DNA of 64,000 nt from Solirubrobacterales bacterium (lineage in GTDB: Bacteria > Actinomycetota > Thermoleophilia > Solirubrobacterales > 70-9), in contig JBQCIB010000032.1 in NCBI GenBank assembly GCA_051954115.1, positions 4,872 through 68,871 of the forward strand, given 5' to 3'. The notes under the pieces are model-generated. The model did not search any database and was not told where the DNA came from. It saw only the letters and a program-made list of their open reading frames with translations. The translations under genes and the position numbers were made by a program. Positions 43,074-51,422 of the stretch are shown one piece after another (within the stretch, counting starts at the first letter, position 1; every line of letters begins with the position of its first letter).

Positions 43074-43532
43074 ATGCGAGTTTCCGCGAAGGCCGACTAC
43101 GCGGTGCGGGCCGCTGCCGAGCTTGCGGCTGCCGGAGACGACGGGCCGGTCAAGGGCGAGCGCCTGGCCGAGGCCCAGGACATTCCCCTGCAATTCCTCG
43201 AGCACATCCTGCTCGAGCTCAAGCATCACGGCATCGTCCGCGCCCGCCGCGGCGCCAAGGGCGGCTACTGGCTGGCGCGGCCGGCCGACGAGGTGACGGT
43301 CGCCGAAATCGTCCGCGCCGTCGAGGGCCCGATCGCCCACGTCCAGTCGACCCCGCCGGAGGACATCGAGTACCGCGGCAACGCCGAGCACCTGCAGGAA
43401 GTCTGGATCGCCGTCCGTGCCAGCCTCCGCACCGTCCTCGAGGAGGTCACCCTCGCCGACCTCGTCTCCGGCGAGCTCCCCAGCATCGTCGGCGAGCTCA
43501 CCGCCAACCCAGACGCCTGGGTCGCGCGGTAG
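43074..43532 (+). CDS. Rrf2-family transcriptional regulator
   Basis: MRVSAKADYAVRAAAELA..FLEHILLELKHHGIVRARRGAKGGYWLARP. AGGAGA RBS. Confidence 0.9.
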   Translation: MRVSAKADYAVRAAAELAAAGDDGPVKGERLAEAQDIPLQFLEHILLELKHHGIVRARRGAKGGYWLARPADEVTVAEIVRAVEGPIAHVQSTPPEDIEYRGNAEHLQEVWIAVRASLRTVLEEVTLADLVSGELPSIVGELTANPDAWVAR

Positions 43533-43579
43533 CAAGTATCCGTAGACAAAACATTTCATAATCTGTCATCATCCAGCGG

Positions 43580-44098
43580 GTGACGGAATTAGAGAAAAAA
43601 GCAACTCCGCTCGAGTTGATCGCTGCGCCCGCAATCGAGAAGAGGATCTTGGTTGTCCGGGAACGGCAGGTGATGCTCGACGAAGACATAGCGGATCTCT
43701 ACGGCGTCGAGACCAGAGTTTTGGTTCAGCAGGTCAAACGAAACCTGGAGCGCTTTCCTGACGATTTCATGTTCCAGCTGACAAAGGACGAGGCAAAAGC
43801 TTTGAGATCACAAATTGTGATCTCAAACGTTGGGCGCGGCGGCCGGCGGTATGCGCCCTATGTCTTCACTGAGCATGGAATAGCAATGCTGTCAGGTGTC
43901 CTCCGCAGTAAGCGAGCTATCGCGGTGAACATCGAGATCATGCGAGCGTTCGTCGAGCTGCGCCGTGTTGCCGTCTCCTACGCGGCGCTGCAAGGGCGGC
44001 TAGACGATCTCAAGCGCGAGATGTCCGGGCGGCTGATGGAACCTCCTCCGCAGGAGAAGAGGCCGGTTGGGTTCAGGGTTCGCGACGCGGACGATTAG
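43580..44098 (+). CDS. ORF6N-domain protein (KilA-N/antirepressor-like) in a low-G+C islet
   Basis: IEKRILVVRERQVMLDEDIADLYGVETRVLVQQVKRNLERFPDDFMFQLT..RYAPYVFTEHGIAMLSGVL is the ORF6N signature as I recall it. Confidence 0.75.
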   Translation: MTELEKKATPLELIAAPAIEKRILVVRERQVMLDEDIADLYGVETRVLVQQVKRNLERFPDDFMFQLTKDEAKALRSQIVISNVGRGGRRYAPYVFTEHGIAMLSGVLRSKRAIAVNIEIMRAFVELRRVAVSYAALQGRLDDLKREMSGRLMEPPPQEKRPVGFRVRDADD

Positions 44099-45012
44099 GT
44101 CCGACTGGGAACGTCGACCTTGGCCGGGACCAGGTCGAAGTCGCGGCCGAGGCGGAGCTCGCTGTAGCGCTGGGTCCAGTCGTCGTTGATCTTGTCCGAC
44201 TGTTTCTTCATCCGCGGCTCGAACTGGAAGTCGCCGGGCGGGGAGAGGTCGAGGCGCTCCAGGAGGTTGAGGGTGCTGGTCTCATAGTCGGCGGCAAAGT
44301 TCTCGTAGAGGACGAGGATCGGCTTGATCCCGGAGTGCTCGAAGAAGGCGTCCCAGGAGGCCTCTTCGACCAGCAGCTGGTCGAGCAGGTGGTCGATTGC
44401 CCGGTAGTGGAAGCGCAGCTGCGGGCGGTGCTCCTCGATGAAGCTGCGGTAGGGGGGAGCGCCGTCCTCCTCGACCGAGGCGGCCTCGGCGCCGGCGTGG
44501 TCTTCGCGCCAGGTCGCCGTCTGCACCGCCTTCCAGAGCGAGACCGCCTGCCGCACCTTGTTCGCCCGCACGACGCGGACGAAGGTGAGGTCGGGGAAGA
44601 CCGTGGGGAGGAGCTCGGCCAGCGGCACGTCGCGGTGCTCGGGGATGTTGCGCAGGAGGCTGACGAACTCGCCGAAGTAGCCCCACATCAGCTTCGCGCC
44701 GAAGACGCCGTTGTCGGTGGTCCCGGTCTCGAACGCCCACTCGAGGTAGCGGTCGTAGGCGGCGCGGCTCCAGAGGGGGGAGCGGGGCTGGGGGTCGCTG
44801 CCGACGCTGCGCTCGCCGAGGTGGTCGCGGATCGACTGGTCCTCGACGCCGAGGAAGTATTCCTCCGGCCGGCGCGGGCGGCCGCTGTGGCGCAGCGCCT
44901 CGAAGTACTCCTCGGGGCGGCCGGCGACGCCGGTTTCCTCGAGCGCGTGGCAGACGAGGGTGCTGCCGCTGCGGGGAGTGGCGCAGACGAGATATGACCG
45001 GTCCGGCTGCAT
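44095..45012 (-). CDS. Stf0-type sulfotransferase
   Basis: MQPDRSYLVCATPRSGSTLVCHAL is a PAPS-binding P-loop-like motif. FVRVVRANKVRQAVSLWKA is also present. TAGGAGAC sits 2 nt before ATG 45012. Confidence 0.8.
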   Translation of the reverse strand: MQPDRSYLVCATPRSGSTLVCHALEETGVAGRPEEYFEALRHSGRPRRPEEYFLGVEDQSIRDHLGERSVGSDPQPRSPLWSRAAYDRYLEWAFETGTTDNGVFGAKLMWGYFGEFVSLLRNIPEHRDVPLAELLPTVFPDLTFVRVVRANKVRQAVSLWKAVQTATWREDHAGAEAASVEEDGAPPYRSFIEEHRPQLRFHYRAIDHLLDQLLVEEASWDAFFEHSGIKPILVLYENFAADYETSTLNLLERLDLSPPGDFQFEPRMKKQSDKINDDWTQRYSELRLGRDFDLVPAKVDVPSRT

Positions 45013-45034
45013 TTGTCTCCTAGTCTGTAAGGCG

Positions 45035-46360
45035 GTGCTGCCGCCGAACATCCTCTACATCCATTCTCACGACACCGGGCGCTTTGTCCAGCCCTACGGC
45101 TACCAGGTCCCGACCCCGAACATCCAGATGCTGGCCGACCAGGGGGTGCTGTTCCGCCAGGCCTTCTGCGCCGCCCCGACCTGCTCGGGCAGCCGCGCCA
45201 GCCTCCTCACCGGTCTCTACTGCCACAACAACGGCATGCTCGGCCTCGCCCACCGTGGCTGGAAGCTGAACGACTACGGGCAGCACTGGGTACACGCCCT
45301 GCGCAAGGTCGGCTACCGCTCGATCATGATCGGCGAACAGCACATCTCCGTCGACCCCGAGGTGATCGGCTACGACGAAGTCGTGCCGGTCGACTCCAGC
45401 CACGCCTCCTACGTGGCGCCGCTGACGATCAAGGCGCTGAAGGAGGCGCCGCCGGAGCCGTGGTTCATGTCGGTCGGCTTCTTCGAGACCCACCGCGACT
45501 TCTCGGCCCCGACCTCGGTCCGCGACACGCTCTACTCGCTGCCGCCGGCCAACCTCCCCGACAAGGCGGTGACCCGGCGCGACATGGCCGCCTTCAAGGC
45601 CAGCGCCCGCTCGCTCGACCAGGGGATCGGCGCCGTCCTCCACGCCCTGCACGACTTCAACCTCGTCGACAACACCCTCGTCCTCTGCACGACCGACCAC
45701 GGCATCGCCTTCCCAGGGGCCAAGGCGACCCTCTTCGACCGCGGCACGGGGGTGATGATGATCATGCGCGGGCCCGGCTTCGCCGGCGGCAAGGTGGTCG
45801 ACGCGATGGTCAGCCACCTCGACGTCTACCCGACGCTCTGCGACCTTTCCGGCGCCCAGCACCCCGACTGGCTGCAGGGGACCTCGCTGATGCCGCTGGT
45901 CCGCGGGGAAGCCGAGAGCCTCCACGACGCGATCTTCACCGAGACGACCTACCACGCTGCCTACCAGCCTCACCGCGCGATCCGGACCGAGCGTTGGACG
46001 TACATAAGGAAGTTTGATGAGTACCCGCATCCGGTCCTCGCTAACTGCGACGACAGCGACACCAAGGACCTGCTGGTCGCGGCGGGGTGGGGGGAGCGGG
46101 TCGTGCCCGAGGAGCAGCTCTACGACCTGGTGCTCGACCCGCAGGAGGGCCGCAACGTCGCCGCGGACCCCGCGAACGCCGAGGTGCTGGCGGAGCTGCG
46201 CGAGCGGCTCGACGCCTGGATGCACGAGACCGACGACCCGCTGCTGGAGGGGCCGGTGGCGCCGCCGGTGGGCGCGATCGTCAACGAGCAGTGGCAGCTC
46301 TCGCCCGACGACCCGGTGCGGATCGTCACGGCCGATTCCACGGCCGCTCCATCCAGGTGA
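45035..46360 (+). CDS. Sulfatase-family hydrolase with the non-canonical motif C-S-G-S-R
   Basis: NILYIHSHDTG..CAAPTCSGSRASLLTG..LVLCTTDHG. The start is GTG 45035. Confidence 0.8.
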   Translation: MLPPNILYIHSHDTGRFVQPYGYQVPTPNIQMLADQGVLFRQAFCAAPTCSGSRASLLTGLYCHNNGMLGLAHRGWKLNDYGQHWVHALRKVGYRSIMIGEQHISVDPEVIGYDEVVPVDSSHASYVAPLTIKALKEAPPEPWFMSVGFFETHRDFSAPTSVRDTLYSLPPANLPDKAVTRRDMAAFKASARSLDQGIGAVLHALHDFNLVDNTLVLCTTDHGIAFPGAKATLFDRGTGVMMIMRGPGFAGGKVVDAMVSHLDVYPTLCDLSGAQHPDWLQGTSLMPLVRGEAESLHDAIFTETTYHAAYQPHRAIRTERWTYIRKFDEYPHPVLANCDDSDTKDLLVAAGWGERVVPEEQLYDLVLDPQEGRNVAADPANAEVLAELRERLDAWMHETDDPLLEGPVAPPVGAIVNEQWQLSPDDPVRIVTADSTAAPSR

Positions 46361-46886
46361 GGCAGGTCCAGCCGGGTATCGGCTGACCGAGCGGGTCGCG
46401 GCTCTCGCCGTGGGCGAAGACCGAGAGGCCGCAATTGTGCGAGCCGAGGTTCCAGAGCCCAGCCGCCATCTCCGGCTCGAAGCGCTCGCCGAGGACCGAG
46501 TCGAGGAGGAAGAAGCGGGTGAAGATGCCGTGGCTGACGAGCAAGGGGAGCTCACCCATCTCGCCAGCCTTCAGCTCGGCCTTCAGCTGGCGCACGCGGG
46601 CGATCGCCTGCTCGAAGGTCTCGCCCGAGTTGAGCTCGTGGGTGTAGTCGATCTCCTCCGGCTCGAGGCCCAGCGCGTCGCCGACTGCCTGCGCCGTTTC
46701 CCGCGCCCGCCGCAGCGGGCTGCTCAGCAGGTGGGTGACGCCGAGCTCGCGCATCCCGGCGCCGGCCGCGTGCGCCTGTTCGATTCCCTTCTCGGTGAGG
46801 CGGTCGCTTTCGGAATGCGGCGCCGGCTCGCCGCTGCGGGCGGCGTTGTGGACCGACTCGCCGTGGCGGAGGAAAAGGGCTCTCAT
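46326..46886 (-). CDS. Histidine phosphatase (phosphoglycerate-mutase-like) family protein
   Basis: MRALFLRHGESVHN carries the RHG motif, followed by LLSSPLRRARETA. ATGA overlap with the VWA gene stop. Confidence 0.85.
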   Translation of the reverse strand: MRALFLRHGESVHNAARSGEPAPHSESDRLTEKGIEQAHAAGAGMRELGVTHLLSSPLRRARETAQAVGDALGLEPEEIDYTHELNSGETFEQAIARVRQLKAELKAGEMGELPLLVSHGIFTRFFLLDSVLGERFEPEMAAGLWNLGSHNCGLSVFAHGESRDPLGQPIPGWTCLTWMERPWNRP

Positions 46887-48289
46887 TCGGGCGCGGGCGC
46901 GGCCCCTGCCACGACGTTGACGAAGTTCTCCAGGTGCTTGGTCGTCCAGCACTCGAAGGCGCCGTCGCAGTGGCGCTCGTAGGCGGCCATCACCGAGTCG
47001 CCGTAATTCCAGTAGAGCTTCGGCTCGGGGTTGAGCCAGAACAGGCGGCCGGCGCGCTCGGCGATCTGGGCGAAGACCTCGGCGTGCGGCTCGCGGCCGT
47101 TGGTGCGGGCGTCGCCAAGCACGATCACGGTCGAGCGCGGGTCGAGGTCTTCGGAGATCTCGGTCAGGAACTCGAGCCAGACGCGGCCGTAGTCGGTGTA
47201 GCCGGAGACGTCGGCGACGCCGCCCTCGCTGGAGATCCGCTGGGCGATCGCGGCGAAGTCGCGCTCGTGCTCGAAGACGTCGGTTACCTCGCTGATCCGC
47301 TCGATGAAGACGAAGCTGCGCAGCTTGCGGAAGGAGTCGTGGAGGGCGTGGAGGACCGAGAGGAAGAAGACGCTGGCCGAGGTGACCGAGGTGGAGACGT
47401 CGCAGAGGACGTAGATCTCCGGCCGCCGCGGCCGTTTCGGCCGGTAGCGCAGGCGCAGCGGCACGCCGCCGGTCTCCAGCGAGGCGCGCATCGTCCGCCG
47501 CACGTCGACGAACTGGCCCTTGCGGCGGCCGCGCTGCTCGTGCCCCAGGGTCGCCAGCCGCCGCTTCATCTGCGAGACGGCGCGGTGGACGGCGGCGAGG
47601 TCCTGGGTCGGGCTGGTCGGCAGCGCCCGGTCGAGCTCGGCGAGCGGGCGGGAGGGGGGCAGGGTCTCGGTGCGCTCGATCAGGTCGCGCTCGAGCTCGC
47701 GCCGCAGGTGGCGCTCGAAGCCGGTCAGCTGCTCGCGGTCGATCGGCGGCCGCTCGCTGCCGTCCTCGTTCGGCGGCTGCTGACCGGCGGTGAGGCCGAG
47801 CGTGCGGCGGATCCGCTGCACGTCGACGCCGACCACCCCCGAGCCCTCGGCGCGGCCGAAGGCGGCGATCGCCAGCCGCGCCAGGTCACGCATCGCGTCC
47901 TCGTCCCCGGCCGCCATCGCCTCGCGGATCGCCTCGCTCAGCTCGCTCATGTCGAAGCGCTCGCCTTCGCCGGCCGGCGGCCCGCCCTCGGCGTGCTCGG
48001 TGACGCCGCGCTGCACCGCCTCGGCCTCGGCAGTGCGGAAGAAGTAGCGCTCGAAGAGCAGCTCGAAGACGCGGCGATCGTCCTGGGACTTGGCGATCGT
48101 CGCCGCCAGCGCCTCGCGGAAATCCTCGCGCCTGGTCCAGTCGACCTCGCTCAGCGCCGCGAAGGCGTCGAGCAGCTCCGAGGTGCCAACCGCCACCCCC
48201 TCGCCGCGCAACTCCTCGCAGAAGCCGAGCAGCTTCGCCGCCAGCCCCGGCGGCCCGGCGTCAGCCTTCGGCCCGTAGGGGGTCGGCAA
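46883..48289 (-). CDS. VWA-domain protein (CoxE-like partner of a MoxR ATPase)
   Basis: The C-terminal VWA region has IYVLCDVSTSVTS (MIDAS-like DxSxS) and VIVLGDARTNG. It follows a MoxR gene. Confidence 0.8.
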   Translation of the reverse strand: MPTPYGPKADAGPPGLAAKLLGFCEELRGEGVAVGTSELLDAFAALSEVDWTRREDFREALAATIAKSQDDRRVFELLFERYFFRTAEAEAVQRGVTEHAEGGPPAGEGERFDMSELSEAIREAMAAGDEDAMRDLARLAIAAFGRAEGSGVVGVDVQRIRRTLGLTAGQQPPNEDGSERPPIDREQLTGFERHLRRELERDLIERTETLPPSRPLAELDRALPTSPTQDLAAVHRAVSQMKRRLATLGHEQRGRRKGQFVDVRRTMRASLETGGVPLRLRYRPKRPRRPEIYVLCDVSTSVTSASVFFLSVLHALHDSFRKLRSFVFIERISEVTDVFEHERDFAAIAQRISSEGGVADVSGYTDYGRVWLEFLTEISEDLDPRSTVIVLGDARTNGREPHAEVFAQIAERAGRLFWLNPEPKLYWNYGDSVMAAYERHCDGAFECWTTKHLENFVNVVAGAAPAPE

Positions 48290-49151
48290 GTTTCACCCCG
48301 ACCCGCTCGGCGACGAGGTCGATGTCGGTGCGGTGCTTGACGATGATCGACATCGACTGGGTGAAGGTCTCCTGGTCGATGTCATCGGCGCCCATCAGCA
48401 AGAGCGTCCGCGCCCAGTCGATCGACTCGGCGATCGAGGGCGGCTTCTTCAGGTCGAGGTCGCGGACCATCCGGATCACCTCGACCAGGCGCCGCGCCAG
48501 CGTCTCCGGCAGGTCGGGCGCGTGCAGGCGGACGATCTCCATCTCCCGCTCCAGCTCCGGGTAGTCGAGCCAGAGGTAGAGGCAGCGGCGCTTCAGCGCC
48601 TCGGTCAGCTCGCGCGAGTCGTTCGAGGTGAGGACGACGATCGGCATCGTCTTCGCCTCGATCCGCCCCAGCTCGGGGATCGTGATCTGGAAGTCGGAGA
48701 GCAGCTCGAGCAGCATCGCCTCGAACTCCTGGTCGGTCTTGTCGATCTCGTCGATCAATAGGACGACCGGCTGGGGGCTGGCGATCGCCTGCATCAGCGG
48801 TCGCTCGAGCAGGAAGTCGGGGCTGAAGATGTCGTCCTGGACGTCTTCCCAGCCGGCCTCGCCGCCAGCCTGGATCCGCAGCAGCTGCTTGCGGTAATTC
48901 CACTCGTACATCGCCTTCGCCTCGTCGAGGCCCTCGTAGCACTGCAGCCGCACCAGCTCGCGGCCGGTGGCGCGGGAGAGCGCCTTCGCCAGCTCGGTCT
49001 TGCCGACTCCGGCCGGGCCCTCGACCAGCACCGGCTTGCCCAGCTTCTGGGCGAGGAAGGAGACCAGCGCCGCCGGCTCGTCGGCGAGGTAGCCGACCTC
49101 GGCGAGCGCCTCTTTGACCTCGGCGACAGAGCCGTTGGACCGATCGGGCAT
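48261..49151 (-). CDS. MoxR-family AAA+ ATPase (CoxD-like)
   Basis: VLVEGPAGVGKTELAKAL is Walker A and VVLLIDEIDK is Walker B; ALKRRC is also present. The start was trimmed to ATG 49151. Confidence 0.9.
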   Translation of the reverse strand: MPDRSNGSVAEVKEALAEVGYLADEPAALVSFLAQKLGKPVLVEGPAGVGKTELAKALSRATGRELVRLQCYEGLDEAKAMYEWNYRKQLLRIQAGGEAGWEDVQDDIFSPDFLLERPLMQAIASPQPVVLLIDEIDKTDQEFEAMLLELLSDFQITIPELGRIEAKTMPIVVLTSNDSRELTEALKRRCLYLWLDYPELEREMEIVRLHAPDLPETLARRLVEVIRMVRDLDLKKPPSIAESIDWARTLLLMGADDIDQETFTQSMSIIVKHRTDIDLVAERVGVKLADPLRAEG

Positions 49152-49175
49152 CGAGCCGATGATAATCACGCCCCC

Positions 49176-49418
49176 GTGCCGGATCTCGCCCTGCCCCTGG
49201 CCGCGCTGCTTCCCCACAGCCCGACGCCCTACATCGCCCTGATGCTGATCGGCTTCGCCGTCGGCATCCTCGGCCACCTGACGGGCGCCCGCTGGCTGGT
49301 CGGCGCCGGCGTCGTCCTGATTGCCCTCGGCGCCCTGCTCCTGCCCCTGGCCGCCAACCTCACCACCGAAAACCGGCCGCCGCCGATCGAAGAATCGCGC
49401 GGCGACTCCGGCGAATGA
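49176..49418 (+). CDS. Small hypothetical membrane protein (2 TM helices)
   Basis: YIALMLIGFAVGILGHL and LVGAGVVLIALGALLLPLA. Support is weak; only the ORF and its hydrophobicity. Confidence 0.35.
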   Translation: MPDLALPLAALLPHSPTPYIALMLIGFAVGILGHLTGARWLVGAGVVLIALGALLLPLAANLTTENRPPPIEESRGDSGE

Positions 49419-49483
49419 CCGCGGCGTTCGTCCTTTTCGCCCTCTGGGCCAATAAGGACGAACGCCGGGTAGAAGATAAGGCC

Positions 49484-50245
49484 ATGGGCCGCCTCGACGA
49501 AGTCGATCTGACGCTCAAGCTCAGCCGCGAGGAGGAAGCGGAGGCGCTGAGGCGGGAAGGGAACCGTTTGGCGCAGCTGCGGCTGACGCTGGGCGGGCTG
49601 ATCGGCGAGTGCCGGGTCGGGCCGCCGCTGGTGGTCGTCTTCGAGGGCTGGGACGCCTCCGGCAAGGGCGGCGCGATCAAGCGGCTGGTGGCGCCGCTCG
49701 ACCCGCGGCACGTCCGCGTCGCCCAGTTCGCGGTGCCGACGCCCGACGAGAAGCGCCACCACTTCCTCGGCCGCTTCTGGCCGGCGCTGCCGGGATGGGG
49801 CGGGATGACCGTCTTCGACCGCTCCTGGTATGGCCGGGTGCTGGTCGAGCGGGTCGAGGGCTTTGCCACCGAGGAGCAGTGGCAACGCGCCTACGGCGAG
49901 ATCGACGCCTTCGAGCGGACCCTTGCCGACGAGGGGGCGGTCATCGTCAAGCTCTGGCTCCACGTCTCCCCGGAGGAGCAGCTGAAGCGCTTCGAAGCGC
50001 GCGCCAAGGACCCGCTGAAATCGTGGAAGCTGACCGACGAGGACTGGCGCAACCGCGAGAAGCGGCCGCAGTACGAGGCGGCGGTCGAGGAGATGCTGGA
50101 GCAGACCGACCAGCCGCACGCCCGCTGGCACGCCGTCGCCGCCGAGTCGAAGCGCTTCGCCCGGGTCGAGGTGATCCGCCTGGTCATCGAGGAAATCGAA
50201 GCGGGGATGAGGCGCTGGGGGCAGGAGCCGCCGCCCCCTCCCTAG
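49484..50245 (+). CDS. ppk2: Polyphosphate kinase 2 family protein
   Basis: LVVVFEGWDASGKGGAIKRL is Walker A-like; FDRSWYGRVLVERVEGF and a lid region are also present. The start was trimmed to ATG 49484. Confidence 0.9.
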   Translation: MGRLDEVDLTLKLSREEEAEALRREGNRLAQLRLTLGGLIGECRVGPPLVVVFEGWDASGKGGAIKRLVAPLDPRHVRVAQFAVPTPDEKRHHFLGRFWPALPGWGGMTVFDRSWYGRVLVERVEGFATEEQWQRAYGEIDAFERTLADEGAVIVKLWLHVSPEEQLKRFEARAKDPLKSWKLTDEDWRNREKRPQYEAAVEEMLEQTDQPHARWHAVAAESKRFARVEVIRLVIEEIEAGMRRWGQEPPPPP

Positions 50246-50290
50246 AATCCCAACCCGGTCCTGTTCTCCGATTACGAGGAGCCCTATCTC

Positions 50291-51403
50291 TTGAGCCGTA
50301 TCCGAATTCTCGCGCTGTTCGCGACCCTGCTCGCTCTGGCGGGCGTCTTCGCTGCCTGTGGCGGCGGCAGCGACAACAGCAACGAAGACCCGCAGAAGGT
50401 CGTCGAAGAAGCCAGCCTCGAAGGGGTAAAGAGCGGCGAACTCGAAATGTCGATGCACGTCAACGCCGAAGTCGAAGAAGGCGGTGAATTCGACGTCAAC
50501 CTCTCCGGTCCGTTCGAAGCCGGCTCCAAGAAGGAACTGCCGCAGCTGGAAATGACGGCGGAAGCCAACGGCGAAGCACAGGGCGAAAAGGTCGATTTCG
50601 AAGGCAAGCTGACGCTCCTCACCGACCGCGCCTTCATCGAATACGAAGGCACCCCCTACGAAATCGATCCCTCCACCTTCGGCTTCCTCAAGTCGGGCTT
50701 CGAACAGGCCCAGCAGGAAGGCGGCTCCGAAGCCGACGTGACCGCTTGCCAGAAGGCGGCGGAAGGGATCAAGTTCAGCCAGTTCGCCAGCAACCTCAAG
50801 AACGAAGGCTCAGAAGACGTCGGCGGCACCTCGACCACCAAGGTCAGCGGCGACCTCAACGTCTCCGGTGCGATCGACGCGCTGATCAAGCTGACCGAAG
50901 ACCCCGCCTGCGCCTCGCAGCTGGAAGCGGCCGGCCCGCTGCCGCTGAGCGAACTCGAAAAAGCCAAGGGCGAACTGTCCAAGGCGATCAAGAAGTCGCA
51001 CGTCGAGATCAACGTCGGCGAAGACCACATCCTCCGCCGGTTCGCGATGGAACTTACGGTCGAACCGCCGGAAGCCAAGGGCGAAAAGGTCGAACTGGAA
51101 TTCGAAGTCTCGCTCAGCGGCGTCAACGAAAAGCAGAGCTTCTCCAAGCCCGCGAACGCGAAGCCGCTGGAAGCGTTGTTCAAGAAGCTCGGCGTCAACC
51201 CGCTCGAATTCCTGCAGCAGGCCGAAGGCGAAGGCCTCGGCGGCTTGCTGGAAGGCCTCAGCGGGGAATCGAGCGGCGGCTCCGGCGGCGGTGAATCCTC
51301 CGCTGGCGGCGCCTCCGCCCAGGCCCAGAAGGAATACGTGCAGTGCCTGCAGAAGGCCCAGAACGCGGCCGACCTGCAGAAGTGCGCGAGCCTGCTCAAG
51401 TAG
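50291..51403 (+). CDS. Acidic hypothetical lipoprotein
   Basis: The lipobox is LAGVFAACGGGS. The mature protein is very Glu/Asp-rich with a Gly/Ser linker and a Cys pair near the C-terminus. GAGGAG precedes TTG 50291. Confidence 0.6.
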   Translation: MSRIRILALFATLLALAGVFAACGGGSDNSNEDPQKVVEEASLEGVKSGELEMSMHVNAEVEEGGEFDVNLSGPFEAGSKKELPQLEMTAEANGEAQGEKVDFEGKLTLLTDRAFIEYEGTPYEIDPSTFGFLKSGFEQAQQEGGSEADVTACQKAAEGIKFSQFASNLKNEGSEDVGGTSTTKVSGDLNVSGAIDALIKLTEDPACASQLEAAGPLPLSELEKAKGELSKAIKKSHVEINVGEDHILRRFAMELTVEPPEAKGEKVELEFEVSLSGVNEKQSFSKPANAKPLEALFKKLGVNPLEFLQQAEGEGLGGLLEGLSGESSGGSGGGESSAGGASAQAQKEYVQCLQKAQNAADLQKCASLLK

Positions 51404-51422
51404 CTGAGCAGGCCGCGCAGCC

